This document shows, one piece after another, positions 26,676 to 40,359 of a stretch of DNA of 64,000 bases. The position numbers and the translations under genes are program-made. Positions within the stretch are counted from its first letter, which is position 1, and each line of letters begins with the position of its first letter. The stretch covers positions 63,488,001 through 63,552,000 of the forward strand of contig OX597831.1 in the NCBI GenBank assembly GCA_951406725.2, read 5' to 3'. Source of the DNA: Octopus vulgaris. Its lineage: Eukaryota. Below the pieces are notes generated by a model. It worked only from the letters and a program-made list of their open reading frames with translations, was not told where the DNA came from and did no database searches.

Positions 26676-27139
26676 CAACTTGGCTTTCATATTGATTCAA
26701 TGCTGGTTCCACTTTATCATGTTAGCTCTTTTTTTCTTCCTTTCTTTTCTGCAGCTTTGATTATTTTGGATATTCTGCAGCCCTGGTCATCTCTGAGAGG
26801 TGGCCGATGTTGCATAGTTAGTCTATAAATTACATTCCTTTTAATAAGAGCCAGTGTACTACGGGAAACAGATCAACCTGTGACATTAACTGCTACAGTA
26901 ATAGTTTCGACTTATGCCTATGTTAAAATCATGTATTCTCTCTATATAATATGATAAGTGTGTGTGAGTCTGTTGTATATACATGTATGTGGGCGGAAGT
27001 AAGAGGGGGCAAAGTGTGCATATGTGTGTGTAAGGGAGTATGGTGTACGCTTCAAATTTATGTTTATTCATGCGGATCTGTGTGTTTCTTTGTGTATGTA
27101 TGTGTGTGAAGGTACGCGTTTGACTGTTTCTATGAAAAT

Positions 27140-27294
27140 TTCATCGTGTATCTGTGCGTAGGTGTGTTTGTGTATGCATATATATGTGCACATACAAACG
27201 CATATATATATGTGTGCGCATATATATATATATGTGTGTACATGTAGAATTTATATATATGTATATATATATATATGTATGTGTGCATATATAC

Positions 27295-27359
<65 letters not shown>

Positions 27360-27937
27360 ATATGTATATATATATTTACACATATATATATATATATATA
27401 TATACACACATTTATACAGAGAGAGAATGAAACTTCCATGTTTATATTGTGCATGCGCATGTGACTATATGTATATGTGTGTGCGTATATATATACATAT
27501 ATGTTTGCATATAGAAATATATGTATGTATGTGTGTATGTATATGTGTGTATGTATAGTTGTGTGTATATGTATCACTACATATGGATTTGTGTTTACGC
27601 ACTCTTCCTTACCTACATATAAACACACACACATATACACACTTACACACGCACACATACGCACGCACACACGCCCACACACACATTAACACAACAAAGA
27701 CATAATGGTAGATAGGTATATTTGTGCATAAATCCATAATAGTATATGAGTGTTTATGAGTGTATAAAATTTACTGTGTGTTTATGTAGGTGTAATGCCT
27801 TCCCTATCATTTTGTCAACAGATTTGGGAAGAAAAAATTGTTTTACTTCTGCGCTGAGAATTCCATTTCAGCGTCGGTTTTATTACTTCTTTTAATATCC
27901 GGATGGGTATTATGGTATTATATGTATACAAATATAT

Positions 27938-28001
<64 letters not shown>

Positions 28002-28026
28002 GGATATATATATATGTGTTTGTATG

Positions 28027-28067
<41 letters not shown>

Positions 28068-28184
28068 TATATATATATGCATATATATATATGTATACAT
28101 GCATATATGTATATATATATATATATATTCAAATATGTATATATACATATACATATATATATGTATATATGCATATATATATGT

Positions 28185-28221
<37 letters not shown>

Positions 28222-28893
28222 AATATGTATATATACATATATATATATGTATACATATGTTTGTATATGTATATATACATACATCTACAGGCATATATAA
28301 ACATGTATGTATGCATGCATCTATGTACATATATATATATATGTATGTATGTATGCATGTACATATATGTACTTATGTATATATATGTGTGTGTGCGTGT
28401 GTGTGTATATGTATAAATGTATGTATATATGTGTACACACAAACACACACATGAACACAATGTGCTTGTAATGCATTTGTAGGTGCATTTACACGTATCA
28501 TGCATATAGGTGTATGTATAGGGTAATGCACATAAGTATGCATTACTTATATATATGTATGTATGCACACATGTATATATGTAGTCATGCATTCATTTAT
28601 GTATGTATATATCTAGATATGTGTTTATGTTTATAGATATATATATATGTACTCATATATGCATGAATCAGAAGCAGCAATAAAAAGGTGTCGAGTGAAT
28701 AATGTGTAAAATGGCGTCAGCCGTAACAACATTAAGTTGAAGAATACAAAATGTTTGGTAATTCTGTAAAGATCAATTTTCAGATATTTTTCTACGTATT
28801 GAACGTATCGTATTCACATTCATACGTGTTTCTATAATGAATACAAAAACTACTATTAGACTTCTTTCCCCTTCTCACCCTCTTGTCTTTCTG

Positions 28894-28947
<54 letters not shown>

Positions 28948-29080
28948 TGTATTTATGTATCTATGCATATATATACACATATACAGACATACATATGTAT
29001 ATATATGCTTATATATATATATATATATGCTTGTATGTATATATATATATTTATATTTATATATGCATGTATATATTTCG
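27140..29080. repeat. Large (TA)/(TG)/(CA) compound low-complexity tract
   Basis: Directly visible; it is the source of the YI/VC ORFs. Confidence 0.85.
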
Positions 29081-29408
29081 TGTTATGCTTAGAAGCGATG
29101 AATTATACCAGAATTTTCGACTCGAGTCAAATAAAACACTCCAAATCCTTTTAGAGTATCTGCATAAATGGAGTCAGGAGAAACTAGTCTGTATTAGTAT
29201 CTAGTCGTATAAATAATACTGATTATGATAATCTTCTCTACTTAAGGTGCAAGGCCTGAAATTTGGCGGGAGAGGACTGGTCGATTTCATCGGCATCATT
29301 GTTTTACTGGCGCTTAATTTTTAAACTCCGAAAGGATGAAACACAAAGTCACCCTCGGCGGAATTTGAACTCGCCTAACATGCTAATGATTCTTCCAGCT
29401 CGCTGCCT

Positions 29409-29468
<60 letters not shown>

Positions 29469-29823
29469 AAGAAGAAGAAGAAGAAGAAGAAGAAGAAGAA
29501 GAAGAAGAAGAAGAAGAAGGAGAAGGAAGAAGAAGAAGAAGAAGAAGAAGAAGAAGAAGAAGGAGAAGGAGAAGGAGAAGAAGAAGAAGAAGAAGAAGAA
29601 GAAGAAGAAGAAGAAGAAGGAGAAGGAGAAGAAGAAGAAGAAGAAGAAGGAGAAGGAGAAGGAGAAGAAGAAGAAGAAGAAGAAGAAGAAGAAGGAGAAG
29701 GAGAAGGAGAAGAAGAAGAAGAAGAAGAAGAAGAGAAGAAGGAGAAGAAGAAGAAGAAGAAGAAGAAGAAGAAGAAGAAGAAGAAGAAGAAGAAGAAGAA
29801 GAAGAAGAAGAAGAAGAAGAAGA
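29409..29823. repeat. (TAA)n followed by about 360 bp of pure-purine (GAA/GGA)n
   Basis: Directly visible. Confidence 0.95.
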
Positions 29824-29825
29824 AT

Positions 29826-29975
29826 GATAATAGAGCACTAACAACCAAGTTCGAGAAATATGTCAAAGAAATTGGAATTGACATGAGAGCTGAGCAAACC
29901 CAAAATCTGCTCTGCTGGGGACAACTAGGATTTTTAGATTGGCACTTGGATGTTGAATATCTCCCACGATAATTA
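29826..29975 (+). mobile_element. R4/Dong-like LINE extreme 3' coding end
   Basis: TTKFEKYVKEIGIDMRAEQTQ.SALLGTTRIFRLALGC* resembles the C-terminal QKxxLLGTxxI motif of RLE elements. Confidence 0.65.
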
Positions 29976-30106
29976 ACAACCAATTATCAAAGCTTATAAT
30001 CTGAGGAAAGAGACCCTGTGACACATCTGACAGCAGGCAGCTGTCCGCTCTCACAGAATCTACCAGATCAAACACGACCGAACGTTCTGAAAAATAAAAC
30101 AATGTA

Positions 30107-30182
30107 TTAACTGAGGACGATCTTACACAAAGGTTGTATTTCGTGTTATATATTACGCGATGATCTGAAACGAATGTATTAA
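30107..30182 (+). ncRNA. Type-I hammerhead motif, copy 1
   Basis: ttaa-CTGAGGA-cgatc...gatct-GAAA-cgaatg-TA-ttaa. Confidence 0.6.
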
Positions 30183-30224
30183 AAGCTTTGAAAATATTAA
30201 TATTTGGTTTGATTTCATTAGATA

Positions 30225-31340
30225 CGCGACGTGGAAACAAAGCCACGATCACGTCTTTGACGGATCGGGATGCGCGTGCTACCTGGCTTGTCTTACCCAG
30301 AAATGGGCAGAGACGAAGTTGTCTCTGAAAGGGTGGGAAAGGTAGCGAATGCCTACATCGCCTCTGTCATTATTTATCATACGACCGTCATGCCTTGTCC
30401 CAGCTTCTGCTTGATTACATTGGAAAGTATCCTGCTTATTTTCTTATGGAAGGGACGCGTTCTAAGGTCAGGTGGTCCGTCTGCTACCAACTCCCTCTGC
30501 GGCTTAGGAATGCCTTTTCTTTTCATCCGCAGGCACGCACTCAGGTTACGCCACCAGCAAGAATTTCTAGGTGGACGTGTGTAGGCTCTGCTTTTGAGAC
30601 GCGCTTTTCCGCAGTTTGTCTCCTTGACGAAGCTGAAATCATAGCCCGAGGCAGCAGGCTGGTGTCCGCTCTCAAAACAAACAAGACCGAACTGTTCTGA
30701 GAAGTAAAACAATAATAATGTCAAATGTATTAACTGAGGAAGGTCTGTACTTCATGTTATATACTATGCGATGATCTTAAACGTACGTATTAAATGCTTT
30801 GAAAATATCAATATTTGGTTTGATTTTATTGGAGACCGCGACGTGGAAACAAAGTCACGATCAGGTTTTTGACGGATCGGGATGGGTGCATGCTACTCGG
30901 CTCCGAGCAGATTTGCGCGACTTCAATACGTATTGGCACTCGAGCCACTGCTGCGTCAATTGGAAAAGCCAAAGGGCATCCCTTTCGAACTGAGACGATG
31001 AATGGCAGTGTCAGCATACACGGACGACGTCACCGTCATGGTATCGGACGCCTCCGCAGTAGAGGCGGTCGGTACCATCCTAAAAGAATATGAGTCTGTT
31101 GCAGGGGCTAAAATCAACGCCGACATGGAGGGCAACATCTATCTCTATCGTCCTCCCCGCCACCTTCTATTCTTTATTAAACCTTTGTATGCTACGTATA
31201 TGTCCTTTCTTTTTCAGTGTATACCGTGTATACTTGCTTTCTTTTTTTATATCATTTTATTATATGTGAGCCCCCACATTTTATGACTGTCTTTGAATTG
31301 TCCCTTGCATCCTTCGCATTTGTGGCAAATAAATAAAATC
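30225..31340 (+). mobile_element. Rearranged Tx1/L1-like ORF2 fragments
   Basis: 'SAYTDDVTVMVSD...LKEYESVAGAKIN' is an RT YADD region. 'ILLIFLWKG...GLGMP...HALRLRH' is post-RT. 'RGNKATI.SLTDRDG' is pre-RT. Confidence 0.75.
30730..30793 (+). ncRNA. Type-I hammerhead motif, copy 2 (GAAA to TAAA)
   Basis: ttaa-CTGAGGA-aggtc...gatct-TAAA-cgtacg-TA-ttaa. Confidence 0.55.
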
Positions 31341-31504
31341 CTTTTTTGTAATTTATATATATATTTACCCTCCGGCTGCACCTCTTCCACCTACGGATCA
31401 CTGTGGACTCTACTCTTGATGAGAAATCCTTGCAATACACCACGACGTCAAAAACCCTTTGAAACTGTTATTATCGTCATTACTATATTTTTATATTTAT
31501 TTTT

Positions 31505-31691
31505 TATCGTTAGCCACTACACACATTTTTTTCTCTCCTTGTTTCTCTCCTAGTTTTTTTCTGTGTCCCTTTCTGTAGAAGTGCGTAGGCTCGAAACGTA
31601 AAAGACTTTTTCTATTCCTGAGCATTATACTAATACATCTGTTTGTTTTGTACACCACCTGTCTTCGTCTTTTGTTTTTTTCATAAACTCT

Positions 31692-31695
<4 letters not shown>
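31505..31695 (+). mobile_element. About 190-bp (TA)n-associated repeat, family E, with an HHR-like motif at 31569-31604
   Basis: cttt-CTGTAGA-a-gtgc(gtag)gctc-GAAA-cg-TA-aaag. Other copies at 32867, 36480, 59538 and 61250 are in the opposite orientation. Confidence 0.7.
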
Positions 31696-31726
<31 letters not shown>

Positions 31727-31735
31727 CATGTGTAT

Positions 31736-31813
<78 letters not shown>

Positions 31814-31876
31814 GAGCCTTGTAACCACATACGTACTGTTGGTGATACATTTCCTTCTCTGGACTTTTCCATTTTC

Positions 31877-31911
31877 TTTTCTAGTGAAGAGCCATGCTCA
31901 AAACGTCAAAA
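31877..31911 (+). ncRNA. Decayed minimal hammerhead motif
   Basis: tttt-CTAGTGA-a-gagc(cat)gctc-AAAA-cg-TC-aaaa. The architecture is intact but the core is mutated. Confidence 0.4.
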
Positions 31912-31998
31912 ACAAAACCTCTCATTTTTCCACCTTTACCGAGCACACCACTTTTGTTGTGTTGTTATTGCTTGTATTTAATGTTCGGTTATTCAATT

Positions 31999-32057
<59 letters not shown>

Positions 32058-32590
32058 TTTCACTCACGAGGGTCTAATCATTGCGAGATTGATTAGAACA
32101 CAGTTCCCCAAGTTACCAATCAGTGAGATCGATCTACTAAACTTCTGACTGTGTAGCAAACTTATAAAGTTTTCGGCTGTGCCTAACTCCATTAGTATCT
32201 CTAATATAACTACAGTATCATAATACACACACACACATCTCACCTTACTATAGTCTTAATGGATTAAATACAATCAATCTGGAGGCCCACATATTGCTCG
32301 TTACATTGTATTTTTACTAAGTTACTGTATTTGACTAGTTACTGTCAGATCCTTTCACTATAATGTATTCTTGGACAGAGTACTTTATAGTGAAGTTCAA
32401 GTAACATAAGCTATTGCTTACTGCAGTTTTACAAAGTAGTTTCTTGCTTCCGGTCTTCCCAAGCTGTCGCTTGTGAAAAGCAGGACATCGATATCTTTTA
32501 TAATCGTTCAAAGATCGAGAACAAGATACAGGAGCAATGACCTGGGAAGCTTCAGTTTCCAATGAATATACATCCATACACATGCTTGTG

Positions 32591-32637
<47 letters not shown>

Positions 32638-32797
32638 ATATTGGCAGGGCTGGACTGGTAGGTAGCCGGCCGTATGCTAGAAACAGATCATCAACGATCA
32701 AACTACAAAGGAAATTCTCTAGAGGAAAAATTCAGCGAACACCAGAACCATATTTGGCGGGCAGGACAGATGAAAATTTATATAAAAAACAGACTTG

Positions 32798-32860
<63 letters not shown>

Positions 32861-33054
32861 ATATATAGGGAGAGTTTACGAAAAAACAAAAGACGAAGAC
32901 AGGTGGTGTACAAAACAAACAGATGTATTAATATAACGCTCAGGAATAGAAAAAGTCTTTTACGAGAATTTAAAAAGCGGAAGGTTCGTGTCGGAATACT
33001 CCGAAGAGTATTAATCAGGTGTCCTTGTTCACTGCCGCCAGGACGATACGTATA

Positions 33055-33218
33055 TACGACGGGCTTCTTTCAGTTTCCGTCTACCAAATCCACTCACAAG
33101 GCCTTTGGTCGGCCCGAGGCTATAGTAGAAGACACTTGCCCAAGGTGCCACGCAGTGGGACTGAACCCAGAACTATGTGGTTGGAAAGCAAGCTACTTAC
33201 CACACAGCCACTCCTGCG
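33055..33218 (-). mobile_element. SINE family A head half
   Basis: Matches the 5' half of 1111-1520. Confidence 0.85.
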
Positions 33219-33806
33219 CATGCACATATATATACTTACATATACATACATATATATACATATATATGTGTATATATACACACACAAATGTATGCATATA
33301 TATGTTTGTGTGTGTATATATGTGTGTGTGAGCGCTCACGCACCTGTCTATGTATATGCGTTTGTGTGTACATGTACGTACATGTGTGTAAGCTTATATA
33401 CGATATTGACACACGAATATATACATTTAATTCCTATTTTATCTCACTGAGATATTTCCTCATTCCGAGTGCACAACCACTCAACGAGTTGCCGACGCAT
33501 ACACACACGCACAAACACACACACACACGCTTATATACTGCATATATGCATGCATACGTCGAAAACCTGAATAATGTCTGCAGACCCTGAGCGAGGAAAT
33601 ATATCGGTTAGATATGATAAAATGGTAATGCATATATTCAGGCACATCAATGTCGCAAAGACACACTCACACACGCACGCACGCGGACAGTACACACAAG
33701 ACAGACACATCTGTAGGCGTACGTGTATGTGCTCTGTGCGCGTGAGTGCGTATATATACACATATATATACACATACACACACACACACACATACTTATA
33801 TATGTG

Positions 33807-33862
<56 letters not shown>

Positions 33863-33906
33863 CATATATATATATATATATATAAGTATATAAGTATATG
33901 TGTGTG

Positions 33907-33953
<47 letters not shown>

Positions 33954-34446
33954 ATATATACACACTCACACGCACAAACCACTCACACACACACATTAAG
34001 ACATTAAGATATACATACATGTATGTGACTGCATGTGTGTATCTTTCTTTGTAGGAATGTGTGTGTATATAGGGTTGTGTATGTACTGATCTGTGAGTCA
34101 GGGAATGTCTGTTGACGTATGTGCTTGTAGTATTTGAATGCGTATTTCGGTATTTCCGTATGGCAGCTTCGAAACCCATAAAAGAATCGCTCTCAAAAAT
34201 TCCGTATAGCATTGCAAGGTGAACACAATTATTTCTCCGTGATGAATATTACTGCTAAGAAAAAGAGAATGTATAAACACACTTGCCGTTCCTTTGTAGA
34301 TTTTGTCGTTGAAATCACGATTTTATGGTGTATGTGTAACTAGGTTGTTTCTAGTGTCATAAATGGAACTCACACTGTAACGATTCCATCATATTGTACA
34401 CTTTCACAGATCAAAGAAACAAGAATCTAACAATTTACACTCACCG

Positions 34447-34924
34447 ATATATATATATATATACATATGTGTGTGTGTGCGTGTGTGTGTGTGTGTGTGT
34501 ATGTGTGTATGTGTGTGTGCGCGCGCGTGCGTTCGTGTATGTGGGTGTATGTATGTATATGTATATATATATATATTGTGTATAGATATGCGTGTGCGTG
34601 CGTATGTGTGTATGTATGTGAGCGCAGCGTGCGTTCGTGTATGTGGGTGTATGTATGTATATGTATATATATATTTTGTGAATACATATATGTGTGTTTT
34701 AGTGTATGTGTGTATGTGTGTGTGAGCGCGCATGCGTTCGTAAATGTGGGTGTATGTATATATATATATTGTGTATATATATATGTGTGTGTGTGTGCGC
34801 GCGTGTGCGTTCATATATGTGGGTGTACGTATGTATATGTATATATATATATTGTGTATATATGTATGTGTGTTTGTGTGTATGTGTGTATGCGTGTGTG
34901 CGCTCGCGTGCGTTCGTATATGTG

Positions 34925-34959
<35 letters not shown>

Positions 34960-35100
34960 TGTGTGTGTGTATGTGTGTATGAGTGTGTGCGCGCGTGCGT
35001 TCGTATATGTGGGTGTATGTATATATATATATATTGTGTATATATATATGTGTGTGTGTGTATGTGTGTGTGTGCGCGCGCGTGTGTGGGTGTATGTATG

Positions 35101-35131
<31 letters not shown>

Positions 35132-35145
35132 TGTGTATATATATA
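34447..35145. repeat. Higher-order minisatellite (about 90-110 bp unit) built from microsatellite blocks
   Basis: The anchor 'gcgtgcgttcgt.tatgtgggtgtatgta...tatattgtgtata' recurs about 7 times. Confidence 0.75.
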
Positions 35146-36012
35146 TACGCATTACTTATGTATATATATATGTACGCATACATATACATATATTTATGCA
35201 TATATATATATACATATATTATATTAATATAGATATAAGTTGCACCGTCTATATTTATATGTGTGTGTGTGTGTGTACTCACGCACGAATACACGCTTAT
35301 GTAAACGTCATTGTTTATATATATGTGTATGTGTGTGTATACGTTTGTGTAGTATCATATCAATATAGTTGTACATGTGCGCCTGCCTGTTTATCTACAC
35401 TACAAAATTTATAGATACATACATACATACATACATACATACACTTACAAATGAACATAGTATGGATTTACTACCTTTGTTTGCGCACGCTTGAATGTAT
35501 GTGTCTATATTTGTGTTCGTTATTGTATGTATGTATATATATATATATAGGGGAGGCTTTCGTCCAAGTGCGGGCGCGTGTATCTGTTTATGAAATGCGC
35601 AATTTAAAGCCGGATTTCATAAAAAGAAAAGCATAATAACATATATACGTGCAACCCCATCGTGCAGAAATTGTTGACTATCAGATGCACAATCTCAAAT
35701 CAGTGACGGTTAGTTATATACCATGAATGGTCCAACTCTTTTCTGAAAATGTTATTTCGAAACTAACAATGGATTAAGGGAGAAATTGGCGTTTCGCCTC
35801 GAGTCAGCATCTTTTATTGAATGAAATTCTATATATTGCAATTTCTGTCTTAAACTACACTTGCATCTCGATTGACATAGGTTTATCTACATCCCTAGGT
35901 AGTTAAGTATATTTATATACGGCTATAGTTATATTTCTTCTTATGCAATGAGTGACCACATTCCTTCACTGAGTGAAGTATTCTTGTAGGAATGACTATA
36001 TACACACAAGAA

Positions 36013-36067
<55 letters not shown>

Positions 36068-36068
<1 letters not shown>

Positions 36069-36470
36069 TAGCAGTATCGCCCGGCGTTGCTCGGGTTTGT
36101 AAGGGAAATAACTATTTAAGCACTTTTAGAGATGTAAAGTATAATAGCCATCTCAATATGGCTAACCACAAAGGGGGGTGTTACTGTAGCTTTTTACGTT
36201 CTGAGATTTAATAATACATTTTTAGAGAGTTACTTCCCTTATATAAACCGAGCGAAAATGCATTAAAAATGCGGAAAAATTATGGTAATTTTTTTTTTTT
36301 TAATCGTAGACTCATCGTAGACGCGTGCTAATACCCAGAAGGGCTCGATAGGAATCACGACTATAAGATACCCGCTTTTGGTTACACTGCACCGCAAAAT
36401 GTGGGAGTAGTTAGGAATCTAAATCGTAGGAGCCAGACACCGCACATCCTCTCTTTTATATATATATATA
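36068..36470 (-). mobile_element. Non-autonomous Helitron-like element
   Basis: Minus-strand 3' end 'cccgagcaacgccggg' (hairpin) + 'cgatactgCTAG|T', inserted in (TA)n. Confidence 0.7.
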
Positions 36471-36479
36471 TATATATAT

Positions 36480-36665
36480 AGGGAGAGTTTACGAAAAAAA
36501 AACAAAAGACGAAGAAAGGTGGTGTACAAAACAAACAGATGTATTAGTATAACGCTCAGGAATAGAAAAAGTCTTTTACGTTTCGAACCTACGCTCTTCT
36601 ACAGAAAGGGACACAGAAAAAAAAAACAAGGAGAGAAAAAATGTGTGTAGTGGCTAACGATCTAT
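36480..36665 (-). mobile_element. Family E repeat with HHR-like motif (36573-36608)
   Basis: Reverse complement of 31505-31695, with core CTGTAGA...GAAA-cg-TA. Confidence 0.7.
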
Positions 36666-37124
36666 ACATATACATTCTTTTATTCTTTTACCTATTTCAG
36701 TCATTTGACTGCGGTCATGATGGAGCACTGCCTTTAGTCGAACAAATCGACCCCAGGACTTATTCTTTGTAAGCCTAGTATTTATCCTACTGGTCCCTTT
36801 TGCCGAACCGCTAAGTTACGGTACGTAAACTCACACAACAAGGTCTCTTTGAATGAACAGCACATGGAATTAATTCTCTCCACTATCCATCTGTAATAAC
36901 AAAATATAAACTCCTATTGGAATTTGCATACTATGAACAAGAAGCCTTTCTACCCATTCTACACAGGACTAACCTTGCTTGGATAATGGAACTGCAACTG
37001 TTGCATCCAAAATATATTTATATTTGTATTCTCTTTTTTCCATTTGTACTTCTTATATCTCCCCATTCCAAAAAAAGACTTATATTGACCTATACTATTT
37101 CCCTCTATTTGACCATCTCACATC

Positions 37125-37172
37125 GTCTCTGATGAAGGGATATCCCTCATATCCCTGCAACAGCTGTGAGAC
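37125..37172 (+). ncRNA. Decayed type-I hammerhead
   Basis: gtct-CTGATGA-agggatat(ccctc)atatccct-GCAA-cagctg-TG-agac. It has a perfect 8-bp stem II, a palindromic stem III and two core substitutions. Confidence 0.65.
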
Positions 37173-37373
37173 TGCCTTTCTCTTTATAAATGTCCTACAA
37201 ATTTCACATTTTCCTGGCTTTGTTGCTTCATTTTATTTAACATATGCATGCTCACGCACGACCCTCATTAGACTTCTCATTCATACAATTACTGAACCGG
37301 GGATATAACTACGGTCCTTCCGTGGCACTTACATAGCCTTACCTGCCATTTTGGATCTTCTGGATACCAAAAC

Positions 37374-37413
<40 letters not shown>

Positions 37414-37427
37414 GAGAGAGAGAGAGA

Positions 37428-37824
37428 GGCGCAGGAGTATATATATAAGCTGTGTGGTAAGAAGCTTGGTTCCCAACCACATGGTTCCGGGTTCAGTAGC
37501 ACTTCGTGGCACGTTGGACGTGTGTCTTCTACTGTAACTTCGGGCCGACCAAAGCCTTGTGAATGGATTTGGTAGATGGAAACTGAAAGAAGCCCGTCGT
37601 TTATATATATGTATAAGTGTGTATGTTTGTGTGAATGTCTTTGTCCGCCACCATTGCTTGACAACCGATGTTGGTGTTTTTACGCCCCCGTAACTTAACC
37701 GTTCGGCAAAATAGACCAGTAGGATACGTACTAGGCATACAAAGAAGAGTCCTGGGGTTGATTAGTTCGCCTGAAGGGGATGCTCCAGCATGGCCGTATT
37801 TAAATGACTGAAACAATTAAAAGA
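37428..37824 (+). mobile_element. SINE family A (diverged)
   Basis: Matches 1111-1520, with a small (TA) insertion in the head. Confidence 0.85.
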
Positions 37825-37827
37825 AAA

Positions 37828-37904
<77 letters not shown>

Positions 37905-38274
37905 TAAGGGCATTACTATACATAAATGCCGCACGCTATGAGGGACTCTTAAAGTCAAAACTACCATATAAAATACAGTGCACCGAACGCGAGGGAATGC
38001 AACTCTTGAAGCGAGCTCCTTAAAAACAGATTCAGCCTCAGAACATATGACTTCATAATTAGAGCACAAAATGCAATTTTTAATCGTCAGTGCAGGCATA
38101 ATCAAGACACATAAAAATGTACAAAAAATCAGCTTACAAGACGAACACCAAATGTATCCAGCATAGTACATAGAGTTGTTCACTCCTATATATCTATGTA
38201 AGAGGCGGGCTTTTCGAATTGCTTTAGCATCTTTTATATATCGATATACTGGTCATTATCTACACGTTGAATAA

Positions 38275-38322
<48 letters not shown>

Positions 38323-38361
38323 ATATATATATATATATATATATGTATGCATATATATATG

Positions 38362-38428
<67 letters not shown>

Positions 38429-38486
38429 GTTTATGAATACAAACTTTTATACATACAACCTTTATTTTCTTCCATTCTCAATATAA

Positions 38487-38526
38487 ACTGTCCGATGAAC
38501 GGGAACGTGAAACTCTGAGTAGCAGT
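38487..38526 (+). ncRNA. Minimal type-I hammerhead (CCGAUGA core)
   Basis: actgt-CCGATGA-acg(ggaa)cgt-GAAA-ctc(t)gag-TA-gcagt. Confidence 0.7.
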
Positions 38527-39222
38527 CTTTTGTGCTATTTTTGTGTTGTTTTACAGCTTCGATAATAATAATACAAATATATTTATATATATATATATGT
38601 AAAATACCAAATGGGACAAGAACGCAAAACATCCGGACAACTATTTGATACAAAAAGGGACAACAAAACATCCAGATAGACGATACAAAAAAACAAGGAC
38701 GGGTCATTCGAAGCTTTCTATCCTCAGTTAATAACCAGATCATCCTCGCAATTTCGGCTGATTAATCTTGAGATTGCTCCAATCTGGCCAGCCCCAATGA
38801 AAAACTAAGCTAAGAGCATTAGATTCCTTGGAAGAAAGCATCGAATGTATACGAAAACAAGGACGGAAAAACAGACGATGTTACACGAATATAAATACAA
38901 AATACAATAAGAATAATAAAAATAATAATAACAGGACATAACAACAGGTGTCTTTCGACTGGGGACGAACTGAATTCAGCTGGCGTATGTGGAAATGAAG
39001 CCCTACGGCAGAGATACAAAACTTTATACATACATACATAGACGTACATATTATATATGTATGTATATTTATACACACAAATATATATGATACATACATA
39101 CATACATACATACATACATACACACATACATACATACATACATACATACATACATACATACATACATACATACACACACACATACATACATACATACATA
39201 CATACATACATACATACATACA

Positions 39223-39253
<31 letters not shown>

Positions 39254-39284
39254 GTAGGTAAGTAGATTGGAGAGTAGGTAGGTA

Positions 39285-39421
39285 ATGCAAATTTATTCAA
39301 GAATCCTTACAGATATAAATCTCTTTTATAAGCTGAAAGTGATTATCAAAAGTGCATTGATAATCAACTTCGGCTGGTAAATCAGTTTTATATCTATAAG
39401 GTTTCTTGAATAAATTTGCAT
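39285..39421. repeat. Imperfect 137-bp hairpin (MITE-like)
   Basis: 'atgcaaatttattcaagaatccttacagatataaa' pairs with 'tttatatctataaggtttcttgaataaatttgcat'; the inner arms are gattatcaa/ttgataatc. Confidence 0.75.
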
Positions 39422-39538
39422 ATTGGATTACTTCACTTGATATACGTGATAACGCTTGTGTTGAATATTTTGATTAATTGTTGTCAATCTCGTAATCGTG
39501 GTTCAATGCGAGTCTGCGGGTGCACGTGACATACCTAT

Positions 39539-39628
<90 letters not shown>

Positions 39629-39667
39629 GAGAGGTAAAGGAAAACAAAACCAAGGCAGGACGGGCAT

Positions 39668-39736
<69 letters not shown>

Positions 39737-39777
39737 TATATATATATATATGTCTGTGTGTGTGTGTGTGTGTGTGT

Positions 39778-39988
39778 GGCGCAATGGCCCAGTGGTTAGG
39801 GCAGCGGACTCGCGGTTTCGATTCCCAGACCGGATGTTTTGTGTGTTTATTGGCGACCCCTGTTTGTACTCTTTCGCCCCAACTTTCTCTCACCCTCTTT
39901 TCGTGTTTCTTGAGTAACGCTGCGATGGATTGTCGCCCCGTCCAGCAGGGGGAAACACATACGCCACAGAAACCGGGAAGCTGGGCCC

Positions 39989-39989
<1 letters not shown>
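39778..39989 (+). mobile_element. SINE family C head with the 17070-type tail
   Basis: Head as at 20991. The tail 'gtaacgctgcgatgga...gccacagaaaccgggaagctgggcccat' matches 17213-17260. Confidence 0.75.
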
Positions 39990-40020
<31 letters not shown>

Positions 40021-40359
40021 ACATTATCGATCAGATATACAATGAGTGTAAGTTTTACTTATATGCTGAATTTTCTTAGCATCTGAGAGCACCTGAACGT
40101 CGTGCACCAGGTGAAACAATCCGCCTCGAGTGGTAGACACGGATATGTCGCCTTTGTTCTTGGTTTATCAATACTACGCACTTGGATAATTTGGAAACGA
40201 ATCGAATCCCCGGTTTATGACTTATATGCAAATAGAGTGAAAACTATTTGCTGATATCAATGATAACGTATAAGATATATAATCTTTCATGATCGCTTAT
40301 GTATTTCCTATCATATCACCCAAATTGTATATCGATGTTTTGGCCCAGTAGACCCATTA

